From a virus: a stretch of 64,000 bases of DNA. Shown piece after piece: positions 58,629-64,000 of the stretch. A program made the translations under genes and the position numbers. The stretch spans positions 1-64,000 of IMG/VR virus record IMGVR_UViG_3300020421_002402; one strand, 5' to 3'. The first letter of the stretch is position 1. Each line of letters starts with the position of its first letter. The notes under the pieces are model-generated. The model saw only the letters and a program-made list of their open reading frames with translations. It ran no database searches and was not told the DNA's origin.

Positions 58629-58931
58629 ATGACAGAACAAGTTGAACAAAAGACTAGAACTAATGTAGGATTAAAATACCCACCAAGGTATGATGTTATT
58701 ATTTTTAATGACGATTTTACTCCAGTAGAGTTTGTAATAAAACTACTAGTGGAAATATTTAATAAAAATTTAAAGTCTGCAAAAGACTTAACATTAGAAG
58801 TTCATGAGTCGGGCTCAGCAGTTGCTGGAACATATTCACATGAAATTGCAGAACAAAAATGTGGAGAAGCAATCACTGTTTCCAGAGGACAAGGACATCC
58901 TTTGCAACTTAAAGTCAACAAGGTTGAGTAA
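58629..58931 (+). CDS. clpS: Clp protease adaptor ClpS
   Basis: [30 protein letters not shown]. Confidence 0.92.
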   Translation: MTEQVEQKTRTNVGLKYPPRYDVIIFNDDFTPVEFVIKLLVEIFNKNLKSAKDLTLEVHESGSAVAGTYSHEIAEQKCGEAITVSRGQGHPLQLKVNKVE

Positions 58932-60388
58932 TGAGCATTGATAATTTTAATGAGAAATATTACAAAGAAGGATTCGTAACAGATTTAGAAAATGAAACCT
59001 TTCCCAAAGGTTTGAATGAAGACATTATAAAAAATATTAGTCTACTTAAAGATGAACCAGAGTGGTTACTTGAATACAGATTAAAAGCATTCAAAAGATG
59101 GGAGCAAATGAGTGAACCAGATTGGAGTGAACTGGATTATGAACCAGTTGACTATCAAGAATTAAGTTATTACTCTGCACCTAAAACAAGAAACAAAGAT
59201 GAAATACCACAAGAGATATTAGACACTTTTGAAAAGTTAGGTGTACCATTACATGAACGTGATGCACTTTTGGGTTTAGACACAGAAAAACCAAAACAAG
59301 AAAATCTCATTCCAACAGTAGCCGTTGATGCTGTCTTTGATAGTGTTAGTGTTGCTACAACATTTCAAAAAGAATTAAAGAAGCATGGCATTGTATTTTG
59401 CAGTATCAGTGAAGCAGTTAAAGACCATGAAGAACTAGTTAAAGAATATTTAGGTAGTGTCATACCTTACACAGACAATTACTTTGCTACACTGAACTCT
59501 GCTGTATTCACAGACGGTACTTTTGTGTACATTCCTAAAGGTGTAAAATGTCCTATGGAACTAAACACATACTTTAGAATAAATGCAAGAAACACAGGAC
59601 AATTTGAACGTACACTTATTATTGCAGACGAAGGCAGTTATGTAAGTTACTTAGAAGGTTGTACTGCACCAGCATATGATGAGAATACATTACATGCCGC
59701 CTGTGTAGAATTAATTACTAAAGACAATGCAGAAATAAAATACTCCACAGTACAAAATTGGTATCCAGGTAATGAAGATGGAGTAGGTGGTGTTTATAAC
59801 TTTGTAACAAAACGTGCTAAGTGTGAAGGTAAAAATAGTAAAGTTAGTTGGACCCAAGTAGAAACAGGTTCAGCAGTAACTTGGAAATATCCAAGTTGCA
59901 TTTTAAAAGGTGAAGGTAGTATTGGAGAGTTCTTTAGTGTTGCAGTAACAAAAGGCAAACAACAAGCAGACACAGGAACAAAAATGATACACTTAGGTAA
60001 GAATACCAAAAGCACCATTATATCCAAAGGTATAAGTTTTGGAGACAGCACAAATACATATAGGGGTTCAGTAAAAGTTAATCCAGGAGCCAAGAATGCG
60101 TCTAACTATACAAAGTGTGATAGTTTAATGTTACAAGACAGCAGAGCATTAACTATTCCTTATGTAACTAGTCAAAATGATAGTGCTATGATAGAGCATG
60201 AAGCAAGTGCTGGAAAAATTAGTGAAGAACAAATGTATTATCTAGCAACAAGAGGATTTAGTGAAGATGATGCAATGAATTTGGTTGTAAATGGATTTTG
60301 TAAAGATGTATTCCAAAAACTACCATTAGAGTTTGCCGCAGAAGCCAATCAGTTGTTAGCAGTACAACTGGAAGGTGCAGTTGGATAA
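58931..60388 (+). CDS. sufB: Fe-S cluster assembly protein SufB
   Basis: [33 protein letters not shown]. Confidence 0.97.
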   Translation: MSIDNFNEKYYKEGFVTDLENETFPKGLNEDIIKNISLLKDEPEWLLEYRLKAFKRWEQMSEPDWSELDYEPVDYQELSYYSAPKTRNKDEIPQEILDTFEKLGVPLHERDALLGLDTEKPKQENLIPTVAVDAVFDSVSVATTFQKELKKHGIVFCSISEAVKDHEELVKEYLGSVIPYTDNYFATLNSAVFTDGTFVYIPKGVKCPMELNTYFRINARNTGQFERTLIIADEGSYVSYLEGCTAPAYDENTLHAACVELITKDNAEIKYSTVQNWYPGNEDGVGGVYNFVTKRAKCEGKNSKVSWTQVETGSAVTWKYPSCILKGEGSIGEFFSVAVTKGKQQADTGTKMIHLGKNTKSTIISKGISFGDSTNTYRGSVKVNPGAKNASNYTKCDSLMLQDSRALTIPYVTSQNDSAMIEHEASAGKISEEQMYYLATRGFSEDDAMNLVVNGFCKDVFQKLPLEFAAEANQLLAVQLEGAVG

Positions 60389-60390
60389 TA

Positions 60391-60419
60391 TTGACAATAC
60401 ACACATAAGGTAGTATAAT
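60391..60419 (+). promoter_or_regulatory. Internal sigma70-type promoter (leaderless sufC)
   Basis: TTGACA-N17-TATAAT, ATG 6 nt downstream. Confidence 0.75.
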
Positions 60420-60425
60420 AACGGC

Positions 60426-61121
60426 ATGTTAAAATTAAAGAATTTTTCTGTAGAACATATACTTGAAGATATCACAACGACATTTGATTTAGGCAAGACT
60501 TATGTTGTAATGGGAAGTAATGGTGTAGGTAAAAGTACACTATTGCATGGCATTATGGGAAGACCTGACCTTAATGTATCTGGTGAAATAACTTTTTTGG
60601 GTAGTGACCTAACAGAGTTAGAGACAGATGAAAAAGCAAGGTTAGGAATGTTTGTTGGATTCCAAGCACCAACAAGTGTACCTGGTTTAAGTAATTTTCA
60701 ATTTATGAAACAAGCATTAAACATATCAGGTAAAGATATTGCAGAGACATTAAGAAATTTTAAAGACATAAGTGGTAAACTTAACTTGCCTGATAATTGG
60801 GACAAAAGAAACCTTAACACAGATGCTAGTGGTGGTGAGAAAAAGAAAAATGAACTTATTCAAATGAGTATGCTTAACACCAAACTGGCAATGCTTGATG
60901 AACCAGACAGTGGATTAGACGTTGATGGTATCAAAGCATTAATAGAACAACTTAACGAATGGCGTAATAATGATAACACTTTAATTGTTGTTACACACTA
61001 TCAAAAATTAGTTGAAGGCTTGAACCCAGACAAAGTATTAGTCTTGAAAAAAGACGGAGTTCTATCAGGCGGTATTGAACTTGCAGATAAAATATTTAGT
61101 CAAGGGTTTGAAAGTGTATAA
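60426..61121 (+). CDS. sufC: Fe-S assembly ABC ATPase SufC
   Basis: GSNGVGKST, SGGEKKKNE, LDEPDSGLDVD. Confidence 0.93.
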   Translation: MLKLKNFSVEHILEDITTTFDLGKTYVVMGSNGVGKSTLLHGIMGRPDLNVSGEITFLGSDLTELETDEKARLGMFVGFQAPTSVPGLSNFQFMKQALNISGKDIAETLRNFKDISGKLNLPDNWDKRNLNTDASGGEKKKNELIQMSMLNTKLAMLDEPDSGLDVDGIKALIEQLNEWRNNDNTLIVVTHYQKLVEGLNPDKVLVLKKDGVLSGGIELADKIFSQGFESV

Positions 61122-62391
61122 AAATTTATTCTATAGAGAAACATTAGAACCAACAAAATCTTATGATAGTTTCTACACTATACAAGACTTGTATGATTTT
61201 GTTACAGGCGAAAATACAAAAACCAAAGACTATCATCATTTAAAACACAAACTAAATAATTTTTACACAGGTTATAACAACAATGTAGATTATATTACAG
61301 GCACCGGTTTACCCAATCCAAAGTCTGAACAGTTTAACTTTGCAAACTTGCATAAATTTTATAACAAAGAAATACTGTGGTCAAGTTCTCCAGCAGAAAA
61401 ACAATACCTAGCAGACTTAGAACCTTTTGAAACAGTAGCATTCAAAAAGAATACATTATTGTTTAATGATGGTATGGTTTTTCCTAGCAACGATTTAGGA
61501 ATAAAGAAACCTTTTCAATTACAAATTTTAGACCAAATAAAAGTAAACAGAAACAAACAAGATGAATATGTAAAGTTAATTAGAAACACAGAAAACTTTT
61601 CTAACTTTACATACGCATTCTCGCCTTTTTTGAATACAATAATTATACCTTCTGGTGCTAATGGATCATTTATGAAAAATCCAATTAGTATTAATTATGT
61701 GAACAAAAATTCTAAAGGCATATTAGAATGCAATACAAATATTATAGATGTACAACACAAAACAAAAGTTCATTTAAAAGAGAATGTAAAATTACAATCT
61801 GGACAAATGAATAACATAATTTATGTTGTGAGAGAAAACAGTGAACTAGTCATAGATAGAGTTACAAATGATTTTGGTGGCTTCGGTATATTTGATAGCA
61901 AATTTATTTGCCACCCCAACAGTAAAATTACTATTAATTTTAAAAATACAGGATCCGACTATTATCAAGAAAACTTTTATTTTGATATGACTACAAATGT
62001 AGACTTAACACTAAATGGCAGGAATAACATTTACAAAGGACATGAATATCATCAATACGTTCATGTAGACAGTAGAAGTTCAGACAACAAAAGTACTATA
62101 GATATAAAAAATGTTGGAAATGAAAAAGTCAATACAAGTTTTATAGGAAGGTTTGATGTTAGTCCTAATAGTGTGGGTTTTGATGGTCACATGAAAAATG
62201 AAAATTTAATGTTGACTCCAAATACAAAAATGCACTCCAGACCCATACTAGATATACATACCAAAGAAATTGAGTGTACTCATGGTTGTACCATAAGTAA
62301 TATAGATAAAAGCAAATTATATTATTTGCAGAGCCGAGGCCTTCCAAAAGACATAGCCGAGGACGTATTAGTAAGTAGTTTTTTATGTTAA
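61114..62391 (+). CDS. sufD: Fe-S assembly protein SufD (divergent)
   Basis: LPNPKSEQF, SRPILDI..ECTHG, YYLQSRG; start uncertain (GTG 61114). Confidence 0.8.
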   Translation: MYKNLFYRETLEPTKSYDSFYTIQDLYDFVTGENTKTKDYHHLKHKLNNFYTGYNNNVDYITGTGLPNPKSEQFNFANLHKFYNKEILWSSSPAEKQYLADLEPFETVAFKKNTLLFNDGMVFPSNDLGIKKPFQLQILDQIKVNRNKQDEYVKLIRNTENFSNFTYAFSPFLNTIIIPSGANGSFMKNPISINYVNKNSKGILECNTNIIDVQHKTKVHLKENVKLQSGQMNNIIYVVRENSELVIDRVTNDFGGFGIFDSKFICHPNSKITINFKNTGSDYYQENFYFDMTTNVDLTLNGRNNIYKGHEYHQYVHVDSRSSDNKSTIDIKNVGNEKVNTSFIGRFDVSPNSVGFDGHMKNENLMLTPNTKMHSRPILDIHTKEIECTHGCTISNIDKSKLYYLQSRGLPKDIAEDVLVSSFLC

Positions 62392-63599
62392 AAGTTTATA
62401 AAAAAGCAAAAGATATCAAACAGATTAGGAATTGTTTTCCTAGTTTAGCATATAGCGAATTGACATACTTGGACAATGCCGCAAGTAGTCAAACTGTTGA
62501 TAGTTCAATCAAAGCGGTAAGTGATTATCACTACAATTACAGAGCAAATGTTCATAGGGGAGACTTTAAGACTAGTACTATTGCAAGTGACAAGTATGAC
62601 GAAGCAAGAGTAGAAGTTGCAAAACTTATTAATGCTGAACCACATGAGATTGCTTTTACAAATGGTACAACTGCAAGTTTAAACATAATTGCAGATTGGA
62701 CTCCATTAGAGCCAGCAGTAATTATGACTGAGGTAGAGCATCACAGTAACATTTTACCTTGGATGCAACAAGGTAGAACAAAAGCAAACGGTCAATTAGT
62801 TATAGTACCAGGCAATGATGAAGGTAATGTAGATGTTAATGCTTGGTATGAAACAATAAAAGATAATCCAGGAAGTGTTTGCAGTTTCTTAACACAAAGT
62901 AATTTTACAGGACAAGAACTTCCTTGGCAACAAATGATAATGATTGCAAAGGAACATGACTGTGAAGTTGTAATAGATGCATGCCAAAGCATAGGACATA
63001 AACCGATAGATGTTAAAAAGAATGATATAGATTGGATGGCATTTAGTGGTCACAAGATGTATGCAAGTACAGGTACAGGAGTATTGTATCACAAAGGTGG
63101 ATTTGATGATGTTCAAACATGGTTAGGTGGAGGAACAATTACACAATGTGATTTTGATACATTCACTATGAAAAGAGGACCTGAAAGAATGGAAGCCGGT
63201 ACACCAAATGTTGCAGGTGTTCACAGTTTAGGTGCGGCGGCAAAATGGATACAAGATATCACATACAATGAAATACATGAATGTGAAACAGAATTTTTTA
63301 ATATGTTAAAAGACAAAGGTCTATTTGACATAGAACAAATGGAACTTATTGGACCTACTAAACCAAATAGTGTTTATAGTTTCAAAGTAAAAGGTACAAG
63401 TCCAAGTGACTTGGCAGGATTTTTAGACATGCAAAATGTTTGTGTGAGGACGGGCCATATGTGTGCCTATCCGGCAAGTTATAGATATACAAATAGTGAT
63501 GGGATTTTACGAGTTAGTTCAGCACCATATAATGATGAACATGATTGCGTAAAATTAGTTGAGGGATTATGGCAGGCGATAGAAAAGATGAAACTGTAG
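62385..63599 (+). CDS. sufS: Cysteine desulfurase SufS
   Basis: YLDNAASSQ, EHHSN, SGHKM, EAGTP, RTGHMCA. Confidence 0.92.
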   Translation: MLKVYKKAKDIKQIRNCFPSLAYSELTYLDNAASSQTVDSSIKAVSDYHYNYRANVHRGDFKTSTIASDKYDEARVEVAKLINAEPHEIAFTNGTTASLNIIADWTPLEPAVIMTEVEHHSNILPWMQQGRTKANGQLVIVPGNDEGNVDVNAWYETIKDNPGSVCSFLTQSNFTGQELPWQQMIMIAKEHDCEVVIDACQSIGHKPIDVKKNDIDWMAFSGHKMYASTGTGVLYHKGGFDDVQTWLGGGTITQCDFDTFTMKRGPERMEAGTPNVAGVHSLGAAAKWIQDITYNEIHECETEFFNMLKDKGLFDIEQMELIGPTKPNSVYSFKVKGTSPSDLAGFLDMQNVCVRTGHMCAYPASYRYTNSDGILRVSSAPYNDEHDCVKLVEGLWQAIEKMKL

Positions 63600-63925
63600 G
63601 ACCACCTGATAATTTACAGGACCAATTAGTAGAACAAATCATAGCAAACTTGCGTAGAGTTTACGATCCTGAATTAAACTTAAATGTTTACGATTTAGGT
63701 TTGATTTATGAAGTTGCAGTGAATAAAGAATATGACGCACAAGTTATCATGACACTTACTACACCTAATTGTCCAGCCGCAGAAATAATTCCAATGGAAA
63801 TAGAGTTTGCCACTAGAGCAGTTGAGTGCATTAATAAAGTGAACATTGTTTTAACCTTTGATCCACCCTGGGACCCCCATGTGATGGTAAGTGATGAAGG
63901 TAAGTACCAATTGGGACTACTATGA
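63569..63925 (+). CDS. DUF59 Fe-S assembly protein (SufT/PaaD-like)
   Basis: VYDPEL..DLGLIY..MTLTTPNCP..FDPPW. Confidence 0.9.
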   Translation: MAGDRKDETVGPPDNLQDQLVEQIIANLRRVYDPELNLNVYDLGLIYEVAVNKEYDAQVIMTLTTPNCPAAEIIPMEIEFATRAVECINKVNIVLTFDPPWDPHVMVSDEGKYQLGLL

Positions 63926-64000
63926 GCATTAAGAAAGAATTTAATATACAAGAAACAACTACACCTAGTCCTGATACTGTAATCAAAACAGATAAGGGTG
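63922..64000 (+). CDS. Next gene, truncated by window end
   Basis: ATGA overlap, open to end (MSIKKEFNIQ...). Confidence 0.5.
   Translation, partial: MSIKKEFNIQETTTPSPDTVIKTDKG

Noticed and set aside
51618-64000. Bacterial chromosome rather than phage
   Set aside because: Host-like genes are interleaved with phage-type genes and share the same promoters, late boxes and terminator as the structural region

Overview
AT-rich, gene-dense segment of a large T4-like (myovirus/jumbo-type) phage, probably marine, with a proteobacterial host (host is inferred). Evidence: T4-type late promoters (NATAAATA), many consensus sigma70 promoters, class Ia nrdAB, PAAR spike, T4-type lysozyme, modular head-associated proteins and two tRNAs. 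It carries many host-like genes: a Cu/Zn SOD fusion, two desaturases, radical SAM, cupin oxygenases, glycosyltransferases, GH6 glycosidase, peptide deformylase, UvsE, ferredoxin, QueD, ClpX/ClpS, Hsp20, bS21, bL33, ferritin, a TorF porin and sufBCDS-sufT. The strongest signals lie outside the ORF track. (1) A tandem glutamine (glnA-type) riboswitch with an SD-sequestering hairpin precedes an unannotated 53-aa YRGVRY (DUF4278-like) peptide right after nrdB. (2) A ~290-nt multi-junction, pseudoknotted RNA plus a ROSE-like thermometer lies upstream of hsp20. (3) A ~126-nt closed-stem RNA leads the tRNA pair. (4) Many genes appear leaderless. (5) A family of proteins has capsid-targeting-like N-termini. 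All calls come from motif reading by eye; no searches were run.
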